64,000 nt of DNA from Octopus sinensis (taxonomy: Eukaryota), in assembly GCF_006345805.1 (NCBI RefSeq), contig NC_043002.1, positions 39,308,001 to 39,372,000 on the forward strand, in the 5' to 3' direction. The position numbers and the translations under genes were made by a program. The notes beneath the pieces were generated by a model. The model did not search any database, was not told where the DNA came from, and saw only the letters and a program-made list of their open reading frames with translations. Below are positions 24,301 through 37,200 of the stretch, piece after piece. Position 1 is the stretch's first letter. Each line of letters starts with the position of its first letter.

Positions 24301-27300
24301 CTATGATCAACACATTTCCAAATATTTATTCTTTTATCCTTTTACTTGTTTGTCAATTGATTGTAGCCATGCTGGAGCACCACCTTGAAGGATTTTAGTC
24401 AAAACAAATCAACCCCAGGACTTTTTTTAAAGCCTAGTACTTATCCTGTCAGCCTCTTGCCAAACTGCTAAGTTACGGGGACATAAACACAGATTGTCAA
24501 GCAGTGATTTTTAGAGAAGGGGGGGCAAACACAGAAAGAAAGACTCACACACAGGTATATACAAAGAAACATGCTTTATACATACATATACATACATACA
24601 TACATACATATATATATATAATGACATGTTTCTTTCAGTTTCCATCTACCAAATTCACTAACAAAGCCTTGGTCAGCCTGAAGCTATAGTAGAAGACACT
24701 TACCCAAGGTGCCACGTAATAGGACTGAACCCAGAACCATGTGGCTGGGAAGCAAGCTTCTTACCACACAGCCATGCATGTACCTATTTGTATGTAAACC
24801 CAAGAAAAAACAATCATTTAAACTGCAAGAAGATGCTCAACGTCCGAAAATTTTGGAATAAACTGTTGGTAACAATAGTTTGCCAGCCTTCAAATATCTA
24901 AAATTTTTCTCTTTCAAGTAATTGTTTCAATTCATCCATTAGTACTCATTCTTTCTGGCCAAAACAGGAGTTCCTCCAAAAGATCTCTGAAGTAACATTA
25001 CTTGACAGGATGCACAGCTTGGAGATCAGGGAGTCTCTCCAGGTCAAATTGCTACTTCTCCGCATTGAGAGATCACAGCCCATGTACTACATATGCATGA
25101 TTAGAATGTTGCAGGAAAGAAACACAAAACAGATTCTTCAAGTTGAGCCGACCAGCACAAAACTTGAGGGTAGGCCAAGAACAGGATGGTTGGATAATAT
25201 CCATAGTCTCACTTTGTCCTGCTCAAAACTCCAGCCAGAAAGTCTAACAGTCGATTCTAATAGAACCCAATAAAAGAGGTGCCTGAGGCTTCTACTCCAA
25301 CAAACCTCTCAGGAAGAGTGATTGGAGAAGATGGCTGGACAGATCTTGTCTATTAGACTATATGGTGGCTTGATCCCATCATTTGAAATAGTCATTCCTA
25401 GAAAATCTTTGGAAGATGCCTGATTAATGCATTCATTTGGAGTAATCAATATATTGGATACTTTTAAGGCAAGCAGTGACTACACTTTCTTTCATTTTTC
25501 TTTTGTTTTTTAGATGGGGAGGGTGCAAAGATGAGTAAGTTACCCAGATGTCTAATTATGAACTCCATACAAAGTTGGAGAATGGGGCTGCAACTTTTGA
25601 GGCCCAGCTACAATCTAATGACTAAATACTGCATGCAATTTCTTACAGAACAAATCAGAACCAATCTGCCAAAATCCTTTTGAAAATCAACTGAGGAAAG
25701 AAACATTAGTCCTTGCCTATTATCAACAGTGAAACTTATATTTACTAAAGGATTAGTAATTATTACACTCATGAGGTGGGAGGTAATAGTTGATTGGCAG
25801 ACTTTCGGAAACAAAAAGCAAGGAATTGGGTGATTGTTTCCTTCTTCAAAAACATCCTACTTTTTTGATATTTTTGCATGCCAACTTTGTGCCTTTTTCT
25901 ACTCTTTTACTTGTTTCAGTCATTTGACTGCAGCCATGCTGGAGCACCACCTTTAGTCGAGCAAATCGACCCCAGGATTTATTCTTTGTAAGCCTAGTAC
26001 TTATTCTATCGGTCCCTTTTGCCGAACCACTAAGTTACGGGGACGTAGACACACCAGCATCGGTTGTCAAGCGATGTTGGGGGGACAAACACAGACACAC
26101 AAGCATATACACACACATACATATATATATATGTATATATATACATATACGACGGGCTTCTTTCAGTTACCATCTACCAAATCCACTCACAAGGCTTTGG
26201 TCAGCCCAAGGCTATAATAGAAGACACTTGCCCAAGGTGCCATGCAGTGGGAATGAACCCGGAACCATGTGGTTGGTAAGCAAGCTACTTACCACACAGC
26301 CACTCCTACGCCTATAATTCTGATCAATTTTTACACATACTTTTCTCCATAAGGTAGTGATAGCAGTTCTGAAAATTTGCTTATCAACTATTACACCCAC
26401 CTCACAAGTGTGAATGGAGAGGCACTAAAACTTGCTCCTTAAATATCAGGGAACATTTACATTATTTACATTCAACAGATATTTGTCCTAATCTTGTTTG
26501 ATATCCGTTGAATGTAAATAATGCACATAATTCCTCATCTCTTAAATATAGAACTGTATCAGGGAACATTGTTTCAAAATCTCTCTATATATAAACGGCA
26601 GTTTGTCTGTGTGTGTTTCTGTGTGTCTGTTAGGTTGTACCCTCACCCTGACCACGGCTTTCAACCGATTCTGATGAAACTTGACACACACACAGCCCAA
26701 TGTCATAATTCAAAACTAACGCAGAGAAAATTTTGAAAAGTACCCCAGTTCTGAAAAAAATCGATAAATTCGACATGGGGTCGAGAATCAGAAACACAAA
26801 CCACAGGCTGTCTAGGGGACGCAACTCGACCTTTCTAACTCTCAAAAATTTTTACCATAATTCTTTCCCCATTTTTTTTGCTATTTTTTGGCTATAACTC
26901 TCTAAAAATGCTTTATAGTTATTTCCCTTACAAACCCGAGCAACGCCGGGCGATACTGCTAGTCAGGAATAAGATGAAAATAGCTTGAATTCTTATTTAC
27001 ATATACTTTGTAATCAGCACACATTCTTAATTTTAGCATCTTTCTTTGGCATCCAAACAAGTAGTGATGCACTGTTCACATCTTCATATAAACATGGAAT
27101 TAGTTAGTTAGTTAGTTAATTTGGCTCAAAAGCAAATAGCAAGGCCATGTAGGGGGACATAGAGTTAAGTACAGGGTGGTGTTCATGTAAAGAGTTCAGG
27201 CCACTTGAGGTCAAGGGAGACTTTGAACAAAGCGGTCGTCGGCATCTTCACCATCTCGTCTGGCAGCTTGTTCCACGGATGCGCAACCCGGACGGAGAAA

Positions 27301-28150
27301 GCTCCTCTCCTTCGATTGAGATGAAATCGTCGCAGGTAGAGCTTTTCGGAATGACCCCGCAGCCGACGCTCTGGAGCAGGAGTGAAGAACAGCTCTTTCG
27401 AGAGGTTACACTTTCCGCTTATGATGTTGTGGGCGAGAATGAGATCACCACGGCGGCGGCGTTTTTCAAGAGAATAAAGGTCGAGCGTCCTCAGCCTTTC
27501 TTCGTAGGACAAATTTTTGAGACCATGAACCATGCGGGTAGCCAGCTTCTGGACTCTTTCGAGATGCTGTATGTCTTTGAGGAGATAAGGAGAAGAGGCT
27601 TGAATCCCGTACTCCAATATGGGTCTCACCTGCGTGACATGGAGTGGTAGGAATATGGCTGCTGTGAGCATTCCGAATGGCCGTCGAATCAAGAACAGAA
27701 TTCCGCGTGCTTTGTTGGCAGCATGAACGCACTGGGCCGAAGGCGAAAAGGAGGAATCCACCAAGATACCCAGGTCCTTTACCTGATCGGTCCTCTCCAG
27801 CAGCAGACGACCCGGCTCGAAATCAAGTTGAGTTGCACATAAACTGCCTATTCCCATCATCTTCATCATCATTTAAACATTCTAAACTACGAAGTTTATT
27901 TTCAGCCACCTTTTTTATATTTTATATCTACTGGAACAACTGACAACACTCTTTTACTCGTTTCAGTCATTTTGACTGTGGCCATGCTGGAGCACCGCCT
28001 TTAGTCAAGCAAATCAACCCCAGGACTTATCCTTTATAAGCCTAGTACTTATTCTATAGGTCTCTTTTGCCGAACCGCTAATTTTACGGGGACATAAACA
28101 CACCAGCATTGGTTGTCAAGCGAAGTTAGGGGGACAAGCACAGACACACA

Positions 28151-28218
<68 letters not shown>

Positions 28219-31200
28219 CGACGGGCTTCTTTCAGTTTCCGTCTACCAAATCCACTCACAAGACTTTGGTCGGCCCAAAGCTATAGTAGAAGACACTTGC
28301 TCAAGGAGCCACGCAGTGGGACTGAACCCGGAACTATGTGGTTCATAAGCAAGCTACTTACCACACAGTCACTCCTATACTGAAAAAATTACATATTTAA
28401 CTTATTCTGATATTGAAATTTTAGTGTTATAGCTTTTATCAATGGCATATACTGAAAAATATACTAACATGACTTTCCAAATATCAGTGTCAATTAATCC
28501 CAATTGTAGCACTGGTTATTTTGTTTTTTACCTCCAAGATCAAGAAAAGCTGCTTAATGCCAACTACTGATTTTAAACCATAAATTAAATGTCTATCTTC
28601 TTTTATCTTCCTGTACTTGTTCCAGACATTTGAATGCAGCCAAATCAACCTCGAGGCCTTTTTTTTTCTTTTTAAGCCTTGTACTCATTCTATTAGTCTC
28701 TTTTGCTGACCACTTTAGATTTATCATTGCGTCTGATTTGGCTTTTTAGACGACGTTTTGAAAAGACATCCACATTAATTGTATATCTGCTTTGGCCCAC
28801 CAAGAGCTGCAATTCTGACTTTTGTAGATCTTAAAATATATTTTGAGGTCTCATACTTGCAGAGCTCACGGCATTGACAAGTATGCAAAGATAGATAGGT
28901 GAAGTAGTTGGTAGAGCTTAGTTTTTCATAGGTCCACAAATGAGATTTGAGCCCAGCAAAAGAGAGGCATGGTGTATCACAAATATAAATAATTATATAT
29001 AATGTTGCACATAGGTATAAACTCTTCTGGGAAGGTAATAGTGATGAATAGGGAGTGAGGGCAAATAAGGTCATAGAGGTAGTGAGGGTGTGCGATAGAG
29101 TACTTAAACTCAGGTTAGTCTTGCAGAATGGTATAGCTATAATTATCTCTGCCTATACCCCACAAGCAGGACTATCACATGAACAGAAGGATCACTTTTA
29201 TGATATTCTTCTGCAGGCTACTTCAAAGATGAGTGACAATGATCTCATCTGTGTGACTGAAGATTTTAATGGGCATGTCAAACAGCAACCCGGTATCTTC
29301 CATGGTGTACATGGGGGTGGCCATGGAGTTGATACCAGAAATGAAGAGGGAACTACGCTCCTGGAATTCTGAGTGTAGCTGCTAGAATAAGAATAGCCTG
29401 GACAAAGTTCAGGGAGACCCTACCTCTGCAAGCAACTATGGCCCTCTTGCTCAGGATGAAGGGTAGACTGCATGATGCATGTGTGCGAACTACCATGCTA
29501 CACAGCAGTGAAACAAAGCCATGACTGCTGAGGACATGCATAGGCTTCAAAGAAATGAAGCTAGTATGATCTGCTGGACGTGTAATGTCAGCGTGCATAC
29601 ACGACAGTGTAAGCACCCTGGGAGAAAAGTTGAGCATAAGAAGCCTCAAATTTGGTATGCAAGAGAGACAACTGCACTGGTATGGTCATGTGTTACGTAT
29701 GGATGAGTACAATTGTGTGAGGAAGTGCCACTCTCTGTGGAAGAGGTAGACCCATGAAGACATAGGATGAGGTGGTGAAGCATGACTTTTGAACATTGGG
29801 CCTCACAGAGGAAATGACAGAAGACCAAGACCTTTGGTGGAAAGATGCCGTGACTGAGAAGACCTGGCAACTAAAGTGAGATCGCAGCCATGGCTGATGC
29901 CAGTGTTGCAATGCCAGCCCATTTAAGAGTACCCCTGATACATCAGGCAATATGATATGCTTGAGAAAACCTGCTGAGTCAAGAAAAACCAAATCATAGC
30001 TGTGGCCAGTGCACCCTGACTGGCTCCTGTTCTGGTGGCACGTAAAAAGCAATATCCGAACGTGATCAATGCCAGGACTGCCTGACTGGCCCCCATGCAG
30101 GTCGCATGTAAAAAGCGCCATCCGAACAAGGCCAATGCCAGTACCTCCTAACTGGTCGCAGTGCCAGTGGCACGTAAAATGCACTATCAAACATGATCGA
30201 TGCCAGGCCCGCTTGACTGGCTACTGTGCTGGTGGCACGTAAAAAGCGGAGTGGTTGACGTTAGAAAGGGCATCCAGCTGTAGAAACATTGCCAGATCAG
30301 ATTGGAGCCTGGTGCAACCATCTGGTTCTCCAGACCTCAGTCAAACTGTCCAATCCATGCCAGCATGGAAAACAGACGTTAAACGATGATGATGATGATA
30401 TATATGTATACACACAGTCTAGCTGAAGCATAACAATCTAGTGACATCACATCCCTTGTATGAATAACAGAATGAGAGAAATCTACGTTTTAATGAAGGA
30501 TTCAAAATTCTGAAAATAGTAATGACTATGACGAGCACTTCTCCAAATATATCAGTGTATAATAATGTTACGGGTTTGTTTATTTGAGATGCGCAATGGC
30601 CAAGCTTTGGTGCAGTTGAATAAGATTAAGTTAGGTCCTTATTGCAGAAAGTTTTTAACCCTTTAGCATTAAAACCAGCCATATCCAGCCCAAATGTTCT
30701 ACTCATCTTGTGCTCAAACTAGCCACATCTGCCTCTCACCATACCATTCTAAAAATAACTAATCGCATCATACTTCGGTAATCTGAATGCTAAAGGCTTA
30801 AAGTATTCTTTTTAAAAGAATGTGCAGACATGTCAGGAATCATTATGCTTCCATACCGTTTAGCCATTAAGTTATCTCTGATCAAGCAGATCAAAAAAAG
30901 GCATCTAAGCCATGACCATCTTGTCTTTTTATAAATGAGGCACTACATTAGCCAATGTAACTTTTTCTTCAGATGGAAAGGAAGGGGAAGATCATCATCA
31001 TCATCATCCTTCATGCATGCATGGGTAGGACGATTAACAGGAGCTGGCCAGGTAGAAAAACTACCCTAGCTACTGTGTCTGTTTCAGCAAGATTTCCTAA
31101 CACCAACCACTCCACAGAGTGGACTTGGTACTTTTTACATGGCACTAGCACAGGCAAGATTAGCTTCACCATGATTTTTATAGATGGATGCCGTTTCAAA

Positions 31201-34200
31201 CACCAACCACATAAGTGTAGCCTTTTAACATGGTACCAGCACTGGCAGGGTAACCAAGTAACTCACAAGACAAGGAATTATGAGAGGAACAGGGCATTTG
31301 AGGAGGGAAACTTGTGTCAGAGGATGAAAGGTTAGAGTGTGACATAGACAGAAGTAGGTGTCTGACCACAACAGAGAGGCATCAGATGATGAAAGGTTAG
31401 AGTGAAACAGAAATAGCTAGGCAGAAATAAATGTCTTGCTATAGAGGAGGTACATGGTTACCCAGTAAGAGAGAGAGAGAAAAGAGACAGGGAGTGAAAG
31501 AGATGTACAAGAAAGAGGCCAGAAACAAGTGTGATGTAAAGGAGACAGTTACCTAGTCAGAGGAAAAACAAGAGGAGAGAGAGAGTGATCAAAGGCAAGA
31601 GAGAGAGAGTAGGAAACAACATAAGTGGAAAAGAGAGCAGAAGAGAGACGGTGTAGTGGTAGGGTATACTCACAAGTAACAAGAATATGAGTGTAGAACC
31701 TGGGTAGAAAAATAGGGTGTGGGTGTTGATTACTATTTCAAGCAGGTCAAGCTATCATATATTCCCTCTTTAGCTCATGGCTGCATATGGATAAAGCCTG
31801 GACAAAATGAGGAGGAACATACAGTGCTTTTATGGGTTGGGTATATTTTGAAGTGACATTAGTATATTAGGCAGGTTAAGAGTTAAAACCCTTGATGCTT
31901 TAGCACAAATGTCAGAAAACTTCTGAGCCAGCTGACTAGTACCAAGGAGTTGAGCAACAGCAAATAGTTCTACCAGAAGGTTCTATAGCTAGATGCAACC
32001 AAGAGCTTTGCTGATATCAAGAATAACAACTTTCTTTGCAAAAGAGAGAGATAGGTGGAGTGTTGCTCTAACATACATGTAATCCTGTGTGATTGATGAA
32101 GGGAGAAGGAAATGGTAAGAAGTATTATAAGGGGTAATTATATGATGATATAAAGTCAATAGCATACGTTCAATACACTACTAGTTGTTTTGTTTTTGAT
32201 ATGCATCATTAGTAGGTTGTCTGAGACATGGGAAATTGTAATAACCAATATTCATTTTTGAAGTAAGGACAACAGCAATAAATTTAGGGCTTTAAAAAGT
32301 TTTTCACTCTGGGAGAATTGGGGTGACAAAATTTTCTGTACCTCAGTTTATATACTGAGAGAAATGAAAAAAAAAAAAAAATGAGAGAATTTAAGAATCT
32401 GGTATGGACAGGGTCCAATTTCAAAGCAATGCTTCTGGATGACTGGGAAGAAATTACTGCAGTATGTACTGAATAATGGACATGAAAAGATGATTCAAAT
32501 TCTTATTTCTGTAACAATCTAGTTGAGTATCAAAGCAAGCTCAGCCAATGATAACATTCCTATTGATGGGTCCAACTCATGCAAGCATGGAAAAGTGGAT
32601 GTTAAAACAATGATAATGAGGTGTAGTTAAGTTTTTGAATTGTTTGTCCTCACCAAAATGGATAACAAAGCATAATGAATTATAATAAAAAAAAACAATT
32701 ATAATAACAATTTTGCTTGCTTTTCTCAAAGGAAAGAAATGGAAACATTCTACAATAAAAAAAAAGATTATACATAAAAAAAAAAAAAGTTTACATACTC
32801 AGTTATTGAAGCAAACTTGTTCACTAGCTGAGGCATACAAAATTTCAAAGGATTTAAATAGCAGGTGATGATACGTTGAAAATTCCAACTAAGAGCTCTT
32901 CTAATGGCTGAAAGATAATAAAACAAAATTATTAGAACAGGGACAAAAATATATAAAAAAATAAGCACACAAAACCACTTCTTTGTTTCACATGCAAGAC
33001 TTTCAGTAATAGAAAAATAAGATAAACATCATAAAAAACAATACAGAAACAACAATTTATTTTATATAAATTGGGGTGATTGTATAGTTAGGAACTTTGA
33101 TTTCCAATCACATGTCCTGAATTCAGTTCCCAGCAAGTGTCTTCTACTAAAGCCTTGGGCAGATCAAAGCTCTGTGAGTTGTCTTAGAAGATGGAAACTG
33201 CAAGAAACCTGTGTGAGTGTGTGTGTATCTCCAGATGGAAAGCTCAAATAAGCAAGCTTCTATAGCCCTCCTTCCTGTGCCAGTCTGCAGTTCTGCAAAA
33301 CCTCTGACACTAGTTCTTTGATTTTATCGCTAAATCTGGTTTTAGGTCTTCCTCATACTTCCTACTGACACTACACCAGAAGTTCTCAACATGAGCAATG
33401 CTACCCTCAAGGGGGCACTGGACATATCAAAGGGATCATTAAGACTTTATGGGGCAGTGAGGTAACACAATTAACATACTAAATTTTACCTATAGTAGTA
33501 ATTATATAATACACGATAAAAAAACTAATAATGGTTATTAAAATAAAATGGGATCTCATTAGGCTCAAGGAAGTCATTAACTTATAATGTATAAAGTAAA
33601 TTTACAACTTTTGTCTTTATTAATTTTTTATCATTTCACTGTTAAAAGCTTATACAATCCATTTTTAGAGTAGAATTTATAAATTATCATCATTGTTAAG
33701 TTAATTTAGTCATGATACTTCATTTGCCACTGAGGTGTGTACTAGACATAACAACTACTTAAAGAGTAGGAGCTACAAAGAAAGTTTAAGGGCCACTGCC
33801 CTATGCAAACCCATTTTTACCTCTGGGAAGGAGTGATCCTTATTAATCTGCCCTCTATATTTGACCTGTCCAGCACAGCCAGCCCTACCAGGAACTTGCA
33901 TTCTGCTGACATAGTTCTCAGCCACTCAGGCATATAAACCACCACATCACAAGGACTGGGTCATGTTGTTGTGGCACTGATTAACTTTGTAAGCATAAAA
34001 TGAAATCAAACAAAAATATAAAACTTAACCAATCTTTTGAACATATTTCTCTGCTCTGCTTAATGAGCCAGGCACCAGAGGAATGGGAAATGGTTTTCTA
34101 ACCTGTCTAGGAGAGCAGTAATTCAGATTAAGAACTAACTCAAACTTTAATGACCTGCTTGATCTCTACTAACATGGAAAACATGTAAAATGAGGACAAT

Positions 34201-37200
34201 GATCATTCTTTCATTTGTTTTACAGCCATTTTACCATGCTAGCATGGGTTAGGTGGAATATATTAAGGTACTGTTTTACAGATGAATGTCTTCTTCATGT
34301 TGCTAACCCATACCAGTTTTTCAAATAAAGGATCTCTTATTCCAAATCTTCAGTCAGTCTCACACAGACACACACATACATCACATATATGTGAAGGGGG
34401 ATGTACTGTAGTTTCCTTCAGTTTCCACTTACCACATCCACTCACATAGCTTCGGTTGACCCAGGAGGACTGAACCCAAAACCCAGTAATTGTGAAGTAA
34501 ACTTCACAAATCACACAAGCCAACCTCTACCTAAATATCACCACTTTACAAATTCACTATGTCTAATTGGCATTATAGTCAATGATGATAAAGAGATAGA
34601 TATATATGTATAATATCATACTTATGTACATATATATCATACACTAAACACATAATCAACATACGTGAACAATTTCTTTTTTGTTTTTGGCAGTGCCAAA
34701 TGTGTTTCGTATTATACAGACAAGAAAGTAATATTTCAAATGTAGTATGGCTGTGAAAGCAGCAAAAAGACTGGTTATTTTACCCTTATAAGACAGAAAA
34801 GGTTTTGTCTGTATAATATGAAACAAGCTCAATGCTTCCCAAAACACAAAAAAAGTTTGTTTACATATGTTGTTGCATTCCAAAAATGCTATATTTATAA
34901 TTTAATTTGATGGAGATTGCTGTCGGTGGACAGTTCAGTTTAATGGTAGAGTACTCAGCCAGCATCTGAAGGGTGCAGGCTCAAGTCCCATGGCTGCCTG
35001 CTGGCAGCTTTTGACATCTTATAAGGGTACAATACCCAATTTTTCTGCTGTTTTCACAGTATACTGCATTCAAAATATTACTTTGTCTGTATTATACATT
35101 TATAATTATACTATGACACATAAAGTGGTAATAGAAATAATAGATATAATAGAAAAGCAGTTCATTACTCTTACCTTTTTCAGAATCGAGAATGTCACGA
35201 ACTCGGAAGACAAATACATAAAATACAGCTTGGCATAAATAATAAAATGGTTCGTGGTTTTTAAGAAATGCTGGTTTCTTGTCTTTATTGTTACTAGCCA
35301 TATCAATGTAGTCGTGAATCCACTGACAGAATACCTCAAGGCATACTAATAAAGAACTGAAATAGAAGATAAAGAAAATACTGAAAATAATAATAATACT
35401 TTTTCATTATCAGAATCTGGTTGACTAATGGTTTATGAATGAAATTTTGTGCACGGAAACTGAACAGAAATCAACTGAGTGTGTGTGTGTGTGTGTGTGT
35501 GTGTACATGTGTATAGGCATGGCTGGATGTGTGGTTAAGGAGCTCACTTTACAGGCACATGCTTCTGGGTTTCGTCCCACCTTGTGGCTCCTAGAGCAAG
35601 TGTGGGGGAGGGGGGTCTGTATTTGTAAAAATGAAACCTATTATATATGAAAAAGTCCCATTCTATGCTCCTTCTTTATGAGGTTTTGGTTCCTAAAATA
35701 CAGTTATAAATAAATCAGTGATAAATGAATCAATTCCATGCACTTTCAAAATGGAATGACTGGTAGGTAGATTCATTTGACACCAACCACTTCCACTATC
35801 ACATATTTTTGATCATCTCTACATTTTCTTCTAGGTAGAATACACTTATTAGTATCATTTGTTAGGAGCAGGTATCTTTCATCTATGTACTTGTACCCAT
35901 GTTGATGGGTGCAATTATGTAAATCTTTATGAAAGATACACAACCTTGCAGAACAGTCATCTAAATACAAGCAAAAGTTTGTGCATTCTGAATGGTCTCT
36001 GGAGTATGGTTCTTGCAGTACAAGTATAACCTTTGACAACTTGCCAACCTGTGTTATGACAGATCAATCTATGACAAGCAAAACATAGTTCACAATTGGA
36101 GCATACTATGTTATCCCAAATCAGTGATGAAGGAATTACTGATAAACAAGGCTATATGTATAAAATATTGTAGTAAGAATTTTGTGTAATGTCAGCAATG
36201 ACTAACAAATTTAGATTTCATTCACACCATTTGGGTGAAGGAACAAAGTGGCCTTTCTCTCAATGAGACAGCGTGAACAATGTAATTTAGAAAGAAAATT
36301 ACCAACAATGTAAGATGCAGCACTGCTATAGTCACGTATGTCAGTTCTCTGAAGGACAATGTTCACCACTTTTAAAATAGTGGTTCATTTTTCACTTGAC
36401 ATCACTTACACTCACATCAATTTTATAAATTGTGTTTGTCTTTCTTGCCTCGCCAATAAAATGGTCACTTTGGTCTAAAACATGAACGATTTGAATAAGT
36501 CGAACTTTATCAGTCACTATAGTCACTGCATGAAATTCCGGATGCAGGACAGATATGATCATTTAGGTAATTAATATCAAACAGAAGATATAGTTATCAT
36601 CTTGCAATATAAGTTGTCTCCCTTGCATCATTTGTGAGAGTTTAACATCACCTTTGTACAGTTTTAATCAGTAACATGCCACAGGGATCGATTTTGTCTT
36701 TTATCCTTTCAGATCAATAAAATAAGTACCAGTAATCGACTAAACCCCCGCCCCCGAAATTGCTGGCCTTGTGACAAAATTTGAGACCATTATTAGCAAT
36801 AACTTTCGATTTTTTTTTGTTATGCACTTTTGCAAAGTTCATTTTTACAGTTGCACAAAAATAAAACAGGACATTAATATTTTCAAACTTTTTTTTTTCA
36901 TAGGTGCAAACCCAACCACATGGTGTCAGGTTCAGTCCCCCTGTGACACTTTGATCCAGTGTCTTCTATTATAACTACAGGCCAACAAAAACTTTGTAAA
37001 TGAATTTGGTAGACAGAAACTGAAAGAATCCTGTCAGGTGAATATATTTGTTTGTATATGAGTGAATCTGTGTGCATGTGTGTGTCCCATTCATTGGTTT
37101 CTCTTTTATTTGTTTGTCATTTGACTGCAGCCATGCTGGAGTACCACCTTTAGTCAAACAAATTGACCCCAGAACATATTCTTTGTAAACCTGACATTTA

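Noticed and set aside
27279-27943. Plus-strand ORFs of 123 and 88 aa
   Set aside because: Antisense shadows of the CR1 ORF2.
14949-32798. Intronic snoRNA genes, expected in a ribosome-biogenesis host gene
   Set aside because: No convincing C/D or H/ACA box pair with terminal stem found by eye; needs snoscan/Infernal.
33375-33798. Possible hAT MITE (cagaagttctcaac ... tttaagggccactg); lone hAT-like end near 62593
   Set aside because: TIRs too degenerate and no 8-bp TSD.
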